From a virus (taxonomy: Duplodnaviria; Heunggongvirae; Uroviricota; Caudoviricetes), in the IMG/VR virus record IMGVR_UViG_3300029288_000055, positions 32,001 to 96,000 of that record: DNA of 64,000 nt. One strand, 5' to 3'. Shown here piece by piece: positions 19,360-28,900 of the stretch (the stretch's first letter is position 1; every line of letters begins with the position of its first letter). Below the pieces are notes generated by a model, which did no database searches, was not told the origin of the DNA, and worked only from the letters and a program-made list of their open reading frames with translations. Made by a program: the position numbers and the translations under genes.

Positions 19360-19818
19360 TTAAAAGGCTTTTTGAAAACTCTTTTTAGCTTTTTTTTCTT
19401 TCTTTTGAGCTTTCTCTTCATCCTCTTGCTGTTTTTTAGCGTCATAGAGACTTTTAAGAACAATGATTGGGTCATGTCCAAACTTCTCAAGAATGCCCCT
19501 GTAAGTACTGAAATTTGGTTTCTCCAAAGTTATTTTATCATTTTCATCAACCATAACACCTGCAAGACATTCGCTAATTGCGATTTCTTTCATATCATCA
19601 GGTAATTTATCAAAAATTTCTTCATTGAAGATAACTGCAAAATTAATACCATTGCTCAATATTTCTACAAGATCATTCGTTTTAACGATCTTATATAGTT
19701 CTTTCTGTTTATCATTACAAAGAACTTCAAATTCAAGCCAGTCTTTAATTGCTGTTTTTTCTTTAACTGTATCAAACAGTTTGATCATTTCATCAGATGC
19801 TTTTTCAATTTTTGCCAT
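19360..19818 (-). CDS. Hypothetical protein (weak resemblance to phage putative metallopeptidase family, HExxH absent)
   Basis: 152-aa ORF; FAVIFNEEIFDKLPDDMKEIAISECL. Confidence 0.55.
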   Translation of the reverse strand: MAKIEKASDEMIKLFDTVKEKTAIKDWLEFEVLCNDKQKELYKIVKTNDLVEILSNGINFAVIFNEEIFDKLPDDMKEIAISECLAGVMVDENDKITLEKPNFSTYRGILEKFGHDPIIVLKSLYDAKKQQEDEEKAQKKEKKAKKSFQKAF

Positions 19819-19829
19819 AAATAATTGTT

Positions 19830-20285
19830 TTAATTGTTAATAATAGAATTATATTTAGTTTTAATTTCTTCAAGTTTTGCAAGCAAATCTTTATATATTG
19901 GTTCAGCTTTGTCAAATTTACTTTCTAATTCAGCCACGAAAGTCATCATGTCACCGATACTTAACTTTACCATATCTTCAATATCAATTATTGTTGCTAA
20001 TTGTTGATTAGCTGCATCCTGTTTTTTTATTTCTTCCATTTTCTTTTCATATTGTGAATTAAGTTCTAATGCTTCTTCTTCGCTAATAATTTTAACACCA
20101 GCTTCTTTTATTCGATCATCTACTGATTTTGCCAAATCAGAATCTTCAATACTTTGACCAGTTTTTGTCAATGATTTTATTTTTTCTTCAGCAAGTTTAT
20201 CGATTTCAATTATTTTTTTTGCAGCCTCTGAATTAAATTCACCAGTTTCTACAGATTTTTTTAAATTTTCTAAAAATGTGCTCAT
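19830..20285 (-). CDS. Hypothetical helical protein
   Basis: 151-aa ORF in operon. Confidence 0.65.
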   Translation of the reverse strand: MSTFLENLKKSVETGEFNSEAAKKIIEIDKLAEEKIKSLTKTGQSIEDSDLAKSVDDRIKEAGVKIISEEEALELNSQYEKKMEEIKKQDAANQQLATIIDIEDMVKLSIGDMMTFVAELESKFDKAEPIYKDLLAKLEEIKTKYNSIINN

Positions 20286-20297
20286 ATTTTTTAAGTT

Positions 20298-21206
20298 TTA
20301 AGTTCTCATGTTCTGCATTTCAATTGCTTCGAATTTAAGTACATCATGAGTATCATTATATTTTATTCTTTTTATGAATTTAATCACTCCATAACCAATT
20401 AATTCTCCATAATCATCACGAAGATAAACCTCTTTAATATTAGTTAATTCCTTGAAAATATTAGTATCTTCTTCAAAATCATTTGTTTTATACTTTAACG
20501 GAATTAAAAATTCCAGTTGACGATAATCGAAACCAATTTTTTTTACATGCAAAAATTCAGTAAGTTGTTCGATCTTATTGACTACATTTTCATTTTCTCT
20601 AATAATCTTAATTGGAAATTCAAATGTTTTTGATTTTTCACTTATATCCATTACTTCAAATTCGAATTCCGTATTTTCTTTATCAGTTTTCTTAACTACA
20701 TTCATAATTTTTTCTAATCCAACTTCAATTGGTTTATTATTAAAAATGTGAAGTAGTTCATAATCATCATCCTTAAGTCTTCTTTCTTCAAACTCTTGAA
20801 CCAATACTTCGCCAATTGTTTTACCTGCATTTTTGTGTTTTTCATCATAAAAACCAAAATGTTCATATCTTCTACCATATTGATCTTTTTGAGCATAAGA
20901 AGAACCATGTCTGTCTGCTGCAAGTGCCATTTGGCGTGGAGTTGCGTTACGAATAAACTTATCAGCTTTTTTTAATATTTCATAATATTCCTGAACATAC
21001 TTTTCATCGGTTTTACCAGCATAGAATTTTTCAAGTGTTTGATTCCTATGAAGCATTCTCTGAATTCGCTTATCACCTTCTTGTATATTATTGGGGTCTG
21101 CTATCATGTCTGCTTCCGCCCTATACAACATAATACCGATATTTATTAAAATAGTATGTATCTTAATATATATCCAAAAATATATTCTCTTAAAAAAATC
21201 AATCAT
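20298..21206 (-). CDS. Hypothetical protein with hydrophobic N-terminus
   Basis: 302-aa ORF; overlaps upstream stop by 8 bp. Confidence 0.7.
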   Translation of the reverse strand: MIDFFKRIYFWIYIKIHTILINIGIMLYRAEADMIADPNNIQEGDKRIQRMLHRNQTLEKFYAGKTDEKYVQEYYEILKKADKFIRNATPRQMALAADRHGSSYAQKDQYGRRYEHFGFYDEKHKNAGKTIGEVLVQEFEERRLKDDDYELLHIFNNKPIEVGLEKIMNVVKKTDKENTEFEFEVMDISEKSKTFEFPIKIIRENENVVNKIEQLTEFLHVKKIGFDYRQLEFLIPLKYKTNDFEEDTNIFKELTNIKEVYLRDDYGELIGYGVIKFIKRIKYNDTHDVLKFEAIEMQNMRT

Positions 21207-21615
21207 TAATTAATACTTTCTTTTTTACTTCAAGTTCCCTTACATCATCCTGAAGCCTTCTTTTTTCAATTTTTAAATCAGAAATTTTATTGGTTAATGT
21301 TTCTGCTTTAACCTGAAGTCCGTTGTTATATTTCTCAACCAGTTTTTTGAACTCAGAATATAATTCTTGAAAATATGATTCTTGCCATTTCTTCAACACA
21401 TCTTTATCTCTGTTCAACATTCTTTTGTTAAGAATAACTGATTTAGTAATTGCGTCAACAAGTTGATTACTTTTTTTATCATCCCGTTTATTAAAGCATT
21501 TACTGCTTTTTTTCTGTTTTCCAACTCTTTTATTAAATTCTTTATTTACAATAGAGTGAATTTTTTTCTCTTTTTTTGCTTGTTTTTTCTCAAATTGTTT
21601 TACTGTTTTTTTCAT
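21199..21615 (-). CDS. Hypothetical basic coiled-coil protein
   Basis: 138-aa Lys-rich ORF in operon. Confidence 0.6.
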   Translation of the reverse strand: MKKTVKQFEKKQAKKEKKIHSIVNKEFNKRVGKQKKSSKCFNKRDDKKSNQLVDAITKSVILNKRMLNRDKDVLKKWQESYFQELYSEFKKLVEKYNNGLQVKAETLTNKISDLKIEKRRLQDDVRELEVKKKVLIND

Positions 21616-21624
21616 GTTTTTAAA

Positions 21625-23007
21625 TTAAGATACCGCTAATGTTTTAGCAACAGCAGCTTTATAAAAGTCTGCACGTTTTTTTGTAACCGTTGCCAAGTTA
21701 TATTCCTCTTTAAAGTCCTCATATAGCTGTTCGCCAAGTTGTTTACGTAGATCAGCATCTAATATAAGTCTTTTGAGGTATTTCTGCCAATATTTTCTGG
21801 CATTTTTTTCTGCAGGAATAAGAACACAATTTTCCATGTGTCTACCGTGTACGTTATATGGTGGTATATCTGAACAAACTATTGGAAGTTTTCTTGTCCA
21901 ACATTCTACCTGTTTCAAATTTGATTTCATTCTATTGAAAGAATTGTCAGCAAGTGGTGCTATTACTATATCAGTTTCATCCAATACCTTTGCATATGCA
22001 TTTGCTTTTTCTGTCCAACGTCTGCCATAATTAAATTCATTTTCATATTTAACATTTCTTTCGAAATTTGAAAGCCATTGAATATAATCGGGATTATTAA
22101 TTATGTGATGCTTATCAGTCAATATCTTTTCATATATGAGATAGACACTTTCAGTTGATTTAATATCTCTTTGTTTTTGATCAAAAATTTTACCTCTGTA
22201 CTTTTCTTTTATTTCTGGTGATAATTTAGGTATTTGATCAACATCGCCTCTTGATCTGTTAATTGCTTTAACTGTTTGTGGTGTCCACAAACCTTTTTTC
22301 TGAAGTAATTCACCAAACTCTTGATTAAAAGTAATATCAGTTGTACTACCTTCAGTATCCCATCCAGCAAGAATTACTTTGAATTTATCCTTTAAAGCTG
22401 GGTCATTATAAAGCACATTAAATACCCCATCAAGTTGTTCAACATCACCCATGTGAGAAGACCCTGCCATATATGTTACCCTTACAAGTCCATCTGGGTC
22501 AGGTTTTCTATTGTCCTGAAATTGTTTCATCATAATTGGGTCAATAGAATTATAAAATACACCAACATTATCCCTGCCAGTTACCTTACGAATTGCATCA
22601 GCAAATAAGTCAGTTGTAGTTGTAACATAATCTGCAATTTTCAAATTCTCCAATATTGGAATATGCATTTTCTTTTCAAGATTCAAAGAATAAAACGGAT
22701 GTTTTTTATGTAATTGCCAGTAGTCATCAATATCTACCATTAATATTGTACCTGCTTTTCTTAATTCAGTTGCCAGTCTTAACATATCTTTTGTGTCGCC
22801 CAAAAATTGACGGTGATAATGTATAATATGAAATGTTTTAAGATAGTCAATATACTTAGGGTCATTAAAATCTATTTGTGGATTAATTTCAACATAAAAT
22901 TCATCTGAATGTTTTTTATCGAGTTCCATTGCTGGTGTTAATGTTCTAAAGTAGTTTACTCCTGCTGAGTCTAAGTTATAGAATAAAATTCTAATCTTTC
23001 CGTTCAT
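21625..23007 (-). CDS. GT-B fold glycosyltransferase (GT4-like)
   Basis: SAGVNYFR..P, VDIDDYW, ADYVTTTT, DIVIAPLADNSFNRMKSNLKQVE..PIVCSDIPPY. Confidence 0.85.
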   Translation of the reverse strand: MNGKIRILFYNLDSAGVNYFRTLTPAMELDKKHSDEFYVEINPQIDFNDPKYIDYLKTFHIIHYHRQFLGDTKDMLRLATELRKAGTILMVDIDDYWQLHKKHPFYSLNLEKKMHIPILENLKIADYVTTTTDLFADAIRKVTGRDNVGVFYNSIDPIMMKQFQDNRKPDPDGLVRVTYMAGSSHMGDVEQLDGVFNVLYNDPALKDKFKVILAGWDTEGSTTDITFNQEFGELLQKKGLWTPQTVKAINRSRGDVDQIPKLSPEIKEKYRGKIFDQKQRDIKSTESVYLIYEKILTDKHHIINNPDYIQWLSNFERNVKYENEFNYGRRWTEKANAYAKVLDETDIVIAPLADNSFNRMKSNLKQVECWTRKLPIVCSDIPPYNVHGRHMENCVLIPAEKNARKYWQKYLKRLILDADLRKQLGEQLYEDFKEEYNLATVTKKRADFYKAAVAKTLAVS

Positions 23008-23094
23008 ATAGTGTTTATAAATTATTATAAAATTATGTAATTAATTATAAATAGTCAAAAATAACTGAAAATCATCAAAGATGCCAGACATTTT

Positions 23095-23120
23095 AAAAAA
23101 AAAGCCAACAAAATGTTGGC
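23095..23120 (-). terminator. Intrinsic terminator
   Basis: Minus strand GCCAACA-ttt-TGTTGGC followed by T9. Confidence 0.8.
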
Positions 23121-23148
23121 ATTAATCAATAATAATTAAAAAATTATC

Positions 23149-23496
23149 TTATTCTTTTTTCTTTTTATTCGATCTCCTTGTAGTTTCTTCTGTTGTAACT
23201 TCTTCAACAACTGCTACTTCTGCAACAGGTACTGCAGCAACTTTAAGTTTGCTTGCATTCATAACATTTTCCAATTCTCTTTGACTAATTTCAACAACAC
23301 TAATTAAGTTTTTAATTCTTAATTTATGTACTGAAACTGGTAATTCTGCAACAGTAAGATAAAGACTCTCACCCGGTTTTACGGTTACAGTCTTTCTTAT
23401 CATATTATCAACATAATCAATATCTAATGAAGAGTTGAATTTAAAATCACGCTTTGCTGCGGTATTTGTTAAGTTTGTAATTTTGTATGTGTTCAT
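23149..23496 (-). CDS. Hypothetical protein
   Basis: 115-aa ORF, low-complexity C-terminus. Confidence 0.65.
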   Translation of the reverse strand: MNTYKITNLTNTAAKRDFKFNSSLDIDYVDNMIRKTVTVKPGESLYLTVAELPVSVHKLRIKNLISVVEISQRELENVMNASKLKVAAVPVAEVAVVEEVTTEETTRRSNKKKKE

Positions 23497-23502
23497 AGTT
23501 TT

Positions 23503-24336
23503 TTATTTTAATCCTTGTATTAATGTATCTCCGTACTTGATTCCGTCATAACCCAATTTCATTGCTTTCTCGGCAATTGCTTTATTTTTCAGATTAATTG
23601 ACGGCATATCATATTGCTCGCTTATTTTTTCGAAATTTATATGTGGAAACCAAATCTTTGCCATAATATCAACAGGTTCTTGACCATCCTTATATGTAAC
23701 ACCCAACGAATGTAAATCAAGAAGGTTGTTAAATTCAATTTCATATTTATCAAAACCTTCAACTGGTTTTAATAAAAAGAAATTGCCAACTACTGAATTT
23801 TCTTTTATTGGGTCTTTTCGATAACCAATGATAACTTTACTATTTGTACCAGTATCTCCAGAAGGTTTAATTGCTATATTATCTTCTTCCAATGAATTTA
23901 AAAATTCACTATCACTAACTCCACTGCTTGCCTGATTATCTTGGTTAATAACATCCTGAGTGATCACTTCTTCCATCTGTTGTTTCTGCTGGTAGTCATA
24001 AATGTCTTGTATTTTATTAAGTAGTCTACAAGCATCTTTTTCATTCAATCCAAGTTTAACTCCTTTAATATTGACACCATCCAAGATTGCTTTAACCATC
24101 CTGTGATGACCATCACAAACCTTATTTTCGCCAGCAATCCAAATAGGATTACTATCAGCAAGATTAACCTTTTCTACTTCATCAGAAAATGTAACACCTT
24201 GTGATGCTTCAAGTTCATTAGGGTCTACTTCGATCAATTCATAATCCACACCTTCTTCTTCGAGCTTCTGCAATACAATTTCGTAAGGTGCATTTACCTG
24301 TGGAAGAAAAGCTGGCTTATAGCGCATGTCAATCAT
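23503..24336 (-). CDS. ParB/Srx-like domain protein with possible C-terminal ADP-ribosyltransferase-like domain
   Basis: PNELEASQ..PIWI..VCDGHHR (ParB-like); C-terminal GYR..GNFF..YEIEFNNLLDL..LGYDGIKY. Confidence 0.6.
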   Translation of the reverse strand: MIDMRYKPAFLPQVNAPYEIVLQKLEEEGVDYELIEVDPNELEASQGVTFSDEVEKVNLADSNPIWIAGENKVCDGHHRMVKAILDGVNIKGVKLGLNEKDACRLLNKIQDIYDYQQKQQMEEVITQDVINQDNQASSGVSDSEFLNSLEEDNIAIKPSGDTGTNSKVIIGYRKDPIKENSVVGNFFLLKPVEGFDKYEIEFNNLLDLHSLGVTYKDGQEPVDIMAKIWFPHINFEKISEQYDMPSINLKNKAIAEKAMKLGYDGIKYGDTLIQGLK

Positions 24337-24349
24337 TGTGATAATTTTA

Positions 24350-24922
24350 CTATAAATACGACTGTTTAAATTTTTGAATTTCTATAATGATAATATCATC
24401 CAGCTTATTTACTGCTTCAGTTAATCTTAACTCACCATTATTTGCTGTAAATATTCGATATTTTATGTTTTCTGGTACTTGTGATTCGATTTCTTGATAT
24501 GAAATAATGTCAGTATCCCTGTCATCATAAACATTAACTTCTCTCAAATCAGGAAATTTTTTTATATAATCAAGAATTTTTTGACCCTTATTTCTTTCAT
24601 CGCCTTTCATATCAAGTTTATCAACATGGATATTATTAACATCCAATATTGCCTGAACCAAGGGACGTAACCTTACTACTCTTGAAGTTAATACAATAAC
24701 GTAGGTGGCAGGTGTTGAAACATCTTTATTTAAAATGCTTAATACCTTTGGAAATGGTTTAATGTCAAAAACATTTAAATCCAAACTTTCGGGTCTGCCC
24801 CACCAGCCTTGATATTTAAATGGTTCGCCCATTACTTCTGACCAAGTAATCTTTCCAGATTCTTTGTCAGGAGAATTTATGAGTGTTCCATCAAAATCAA
24901 ATGCACAAAATCTTGTTATCAT
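24350..24922 (-). CDS. HAD-family phosphatase, RNA-repair ('Swiss Army Knife') type
   Basis: FDFDGTLINSP, WWGRPESL, VLTSR, K, VYDDR = HAD motifs I-IV plus the WW motif of the RNA-repair HAD clade. Confidence 0.8.
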   Translation of the reverse strand: MITRFCAFDFDGTLINSPDKESGKITWSEVMGEPFKYQGWWGRPESLDLNVFDIKPFPKVLSILNKDVSTPATYVIVLTSRVVRLRPLVQAILDVNNIHVDKLDMKGDERNKGQKILDYIKKFPDLREVNVYDDRDTDIISYQEIESQVPENIKYRIFTANNGELRLTEAVNKLDDIIIIEIQKFKQSYL

Positions 24923-24923
24923 T

Positions 24924-25307
24924 TTATTTATATTCTACTTCGGTTACTTTTCCTGTTAATGAAAGTGGTTTTCTGATTTTTTCCCAATTAGTGAGATTGT
25001 TAGACATTATTGGTTTACTGCCATTTGTCCTATTCACAGCCAGAGTTATGTGTGCTTTTGCATTATTCGTTTTAAATCCTGATACACCTATTGCAATTAC
25101 CTTATCATCCATTGCAATGTCTTCAACAGCTAATCGTACTGGCAATCCAAGATATTTTTCATACTCAGAGTCTATTTCACCCATATTAATAGTCATATGA
25201 TCAGCTATTACATTCCAGTTTTCAGGAATTATATTTTTAAATCTATTGATCAGTCTTTTTCTTGAATTTTCATCAAGAACAACTGCACTATAAGATATTC
25301 CAGCCAT
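24924..25307 (-). CDS. 2H phosphoesterase, tRNA-ligase CPDase-like (2',3'-cyclic phosphodiesterase)
   Basis: Two HxT motifs, DHMTI and AHITLAV, followed by KP..SN.L..W. Confidence 0.8.
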   Translation of the reverse strand: MAGISYSAVVLDENSRKRLINRFKNIIPENWNVIADHMTINMGEIDSEYEKYLGLPVRLAVEDIAMDDKVIAIGVSGFKTNNAKAHITLAVNRTNGSKPIMSNNLTNWEKIRKPLSLTGKVTEVEYK

Positions 25308-25963
25308 TAATATGTAAATTTTGTAAGTACATTATAATTTTTTCCCAATGCAGTTAATGCAATTTCAACTTCTTTAAAACATTCATTAATACCACCGCCA
25401 CATATTACCAATTTTCCTGAATATTTTTGTAAATATTCCATTAAATCAGGTATATTAAGAGCATCTTGTGCAGGTTGAAGAAAATCACGAACATCACTCG
25501 AATTGTAACCATATTCTTTCATAAAACCAAGCCACATTTCTTCATCAATATCTCTACTATCATTAATATTATTTCGAATCATGTATTTAACAAGATTAAC
25601 TATTTCTTCTTCATCATGACCACTATCCATGCAACTTCTGAAAAATGCATAACCTTTATCATAAAATCTGGCATAGTCGAGTATTGATTCTTTAAGACCG
25701 TTTTGAATTAACCACATTTTATATTCTTCTTCGCCCATACTGCCAACAGTATTTTCACCATTATATAAAAATGTAAGAGAATTCATTGTATCAAAATTTC
25801 TATTTAAAAATCGTATATAATCACCTAATACAAAACTAAATGCATTATGATATTCTGGTTGAATATCAACAGACAAGAGATTTGCATTTTGAACCAGATT
25901 AATGCCTGAATCTTCTAACAATTTATTACGTTGTTGCTCTTTAAGTAGTTTTTCTTTTTTCAT
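25307..25963 (-). CDS. Cysteine hydrolase (isochorismatase/nicotinamidase-like)
   Basis: LLSVDIQPEY (Asp), YDKGY (Lys), VICGGGINEC (Cys) triad pattern. Confidence 0.6.
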   Translation of the reverse strand: MKKEKLLKEQQRNKLLEDSGINLVQNANLLSVDIQPEYHNAFSFVLGDYIRFLNRNFDTMNSLTFLYNGENTVGSMGEEEYKMWLIQNGLKESILDYARFYDKGYAFFRSCMDSGHDEEEIVNLVKYMIRNNINDSRDIDEEMWLGFMKEYGYNSSDVRDFLQPAQDALNIPDLMEYLQKYSGKLVICGGGINECFKEVEIALTALGKNYNVLTKFTY

Positions 25964-28900
25964 TAACCAGTATTTTCAATAAAATTAATTTCTTTTATTG
26001 GTATTTTTTCAGGTGATTCATATGAATCCGAACGTGCTCTATGTGTATAAACAAAGAATCCATCTTTATCTGCACCCATGCTTACGCCTTCTGCTTTTAG
26101 CGTTTTATCCATTAATTCTTTTGGTTTAGTTAAACCATGTACATGACCACCTTCTTTATATGTCGAACCACCAGTAAAATATTTAAGAATCTTTTCTTTC
26201 ATTTCGGCACTAATAGATTTTGATCTCATTAATGCTGCTTTAGCATTTTCATAATCTGATTTGCCTTCATTTAATAATTCTCTATCTGTCAACGCCCAGA
26301 GTAATTCTTTTTTTAGTTTTTCATCATGTGTAAAGTCTTCATAATTATTTTGTATAAACTCAAGTACTGAAGCCTCTGAAGGGTCTTTATAACCACTATT
26401 TTCACCACCTTGATGATTCCATTCATCATATTTTTCAACAAAAAATGGTATGCCAACTTTCTGACCATTTATATCCCAAGTACTTATTTTTTCAGGCTCT
26501 AAAGCATCATATGAAAATTCTTTTAATAAACCTTTTTCATCAAGTGACAATATTTTACCGTCTTTTTTACCTTTATGACCTTTCCAAGTATAAACCAACT
26601 CATTACCTTTTAATATTCTTTCTTTTTCAAATGGTTTAACATATTTATCACCTTCACCTTTGTTAACATATGCAATAGTAATATGAGCATGATAGTCAGG
26701 AAATTTACTTGTATTTGGTAATTCTTTCATTATTCCATTTGCTTTTTTCAATACTTCTGAATCAACATCAAATTTAACTACGTCAAATTCAGGATTTTTA
26801 AACACTGAAATACCTTTAATACCTATTTCAATTGGCTTTAATGGCATTTTAGACTTGTAAAGCTCAAATACATCTTCTGCTGTTACTTCGTCATGAAAGC
26901 CATATAAAATTGTGGTATGTGGTTCGTTTTCAATACCATATCCTTCTTTATCATATATATCATTCTTGTCAATTATTGATGTTATCTTACTCCAGATAGG
27001 TACATCAAGAAATAACATTAAGCAACCATATTCAATTCTTTCTGGTATTTTTTCTTCATTAATTTCTTCTGCATTTGCAAATCCAACAATATTTCTTGCG
27101 TTTTGTAATGCATCATATTTTTTTATTGTTGTTAATCTTACATGCGAACCATTAATTGGATGGTTGTAATCAACTCTACCATTGTTAATAAATTCTTTAA
27201 GTTGTTCTTCAGTCATATTTGTTGTCCAAATATCGCCTTTAAATTTAGTGTCTAATGGACGCATTTCAATTAAATATGTGTTTGTTTCTTTATCAAAAAC
27301 AATTTTATTTAATATAACCATCATCATACCACTTGGACTGCCAAAATATAGTTTTTGATTACTATATTTTTTCCAACCCCAACTTTCGACATCTTCTTTA
27401 ATCATTGGCTTTTCTTGCTTTGCCAAAGATAATAATTCTTCTTTATTATTCATAGCCTTATTAGCATAAATTTTCAATAATAATGATTTTTGCATATCAC
27501 CAATTACTTTACCTTGTAAACCAAGTTGCATTAAATCATTACCATTTATTGCTAATTCATTAACTGTTTTTGGATATTTACCCTGCAGTAATTCTTGTGC
27601 TGCAGTTTTAATAACATTAGGTAATATCTGACTTTGCAATGAAGTTGGAGATATCACACACATATTATGAGCAACTGATCTTGCTTCAATCAAATTGGTT
27701 GCTTCACCACTTTCAAATGCTAATTGAAGTGCTTTTATTTCTCTGTATGCATTTTCGTCACCCTTTAAATTAGTTTTATAGAATTCTGCAGGATTATTAA
27801 CAAGATTTTTACTTAACAAGTAAACAAATTCACCCATTGTTCTGACTTTATCAAACGGTTCTTTTGTATTCCTGAAGTCATAATATAAACCTTTACCAAA
27901 TATTTCTTTTAATAAGCCAGTTTCATCCAATAATATAGCACCTGTCAAAATATTACCTTTTTTGATAATTTTATCAAATTCTGTCAAAATTCTTTCAGGA
28001 GCAATTTCTTTTACTCGACCAGCATTGTCTTGAATCATTTTCATTGTCTCTGGTTCAATAATAAAACCAAAACGACTTGCGAACTGTACGGCACGCAACA
28101 TTCTGAGTGGGTCATCACTGAATGCTTGTGGGTTAACAACCTTAATTATTTTATTCTTTAGGTCTTCCTGACCACCAAATGGGTCAACAACATTACCCTC
28201 AATGTCTTTTGCAATTGCATTTATTGTAAAATCTCTACGTTCCAAATCTTTTTCAATTGGTAATGCGTGATCTGATTTAACATCAAATCCTTGGTGACCG
28301 CCTTCACCAGTTGGTGTTTCAGTACGTGGAATTGCAATATCAATATCTTCAGTTGCTCCCTTTGGTTTAAATTTAAGAACACCAAATGATTTACCAACAG
28401 CATCTACACGACCATATTTGCCAAGTATTTGTTCAAGTTGTTCAAATGGCACACCAGTGATAAGAATATCTAAGTCTTTGGATTCTTTGCCAAGAAATTC
28501 ATCCCTGACAGCACCACCAACCGAATATATTTTACCACCAACTTCTTCAACATCTTCCCTGAACGGAAGATAATTTAATCCCATTATTTGTGCTTCATAT
28601 ATCATGCTACGCACTTTTTTATTTGAATATAAAAAATTATTTAAATTTTCTTTATCCATCGGTAATTTGAAAACGTAATTATATCCTTTAAATTCATCAT
28701 CAAGACCAACATCACCATAAATTTGTGATTCTCCACCCAATGAACTCGAATATGCATCAAGCAATATTTCTTTTAGTCTTTCTACTGTTGGTGCATGAAT
28801 ATCTAAAATATTTCCGATCTCTCCTTTATTAAAAATAATTCTTGTATAACCATCACCATATGCTTTTTCATATATTTCTCTTTGATTTTTTATCTCAGGA

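Noticed and set aside
27410-28590. Poly(A) polymerase call for the nucleotidyltransferase
   Set aside because: The PAP-specific G-R/K-R/K-F signature is absent (VGKSFG) and the RNA-healing context fits a CCA-type enzyme; CC- versus A- versus CCA-adding cannot be settled from sequence
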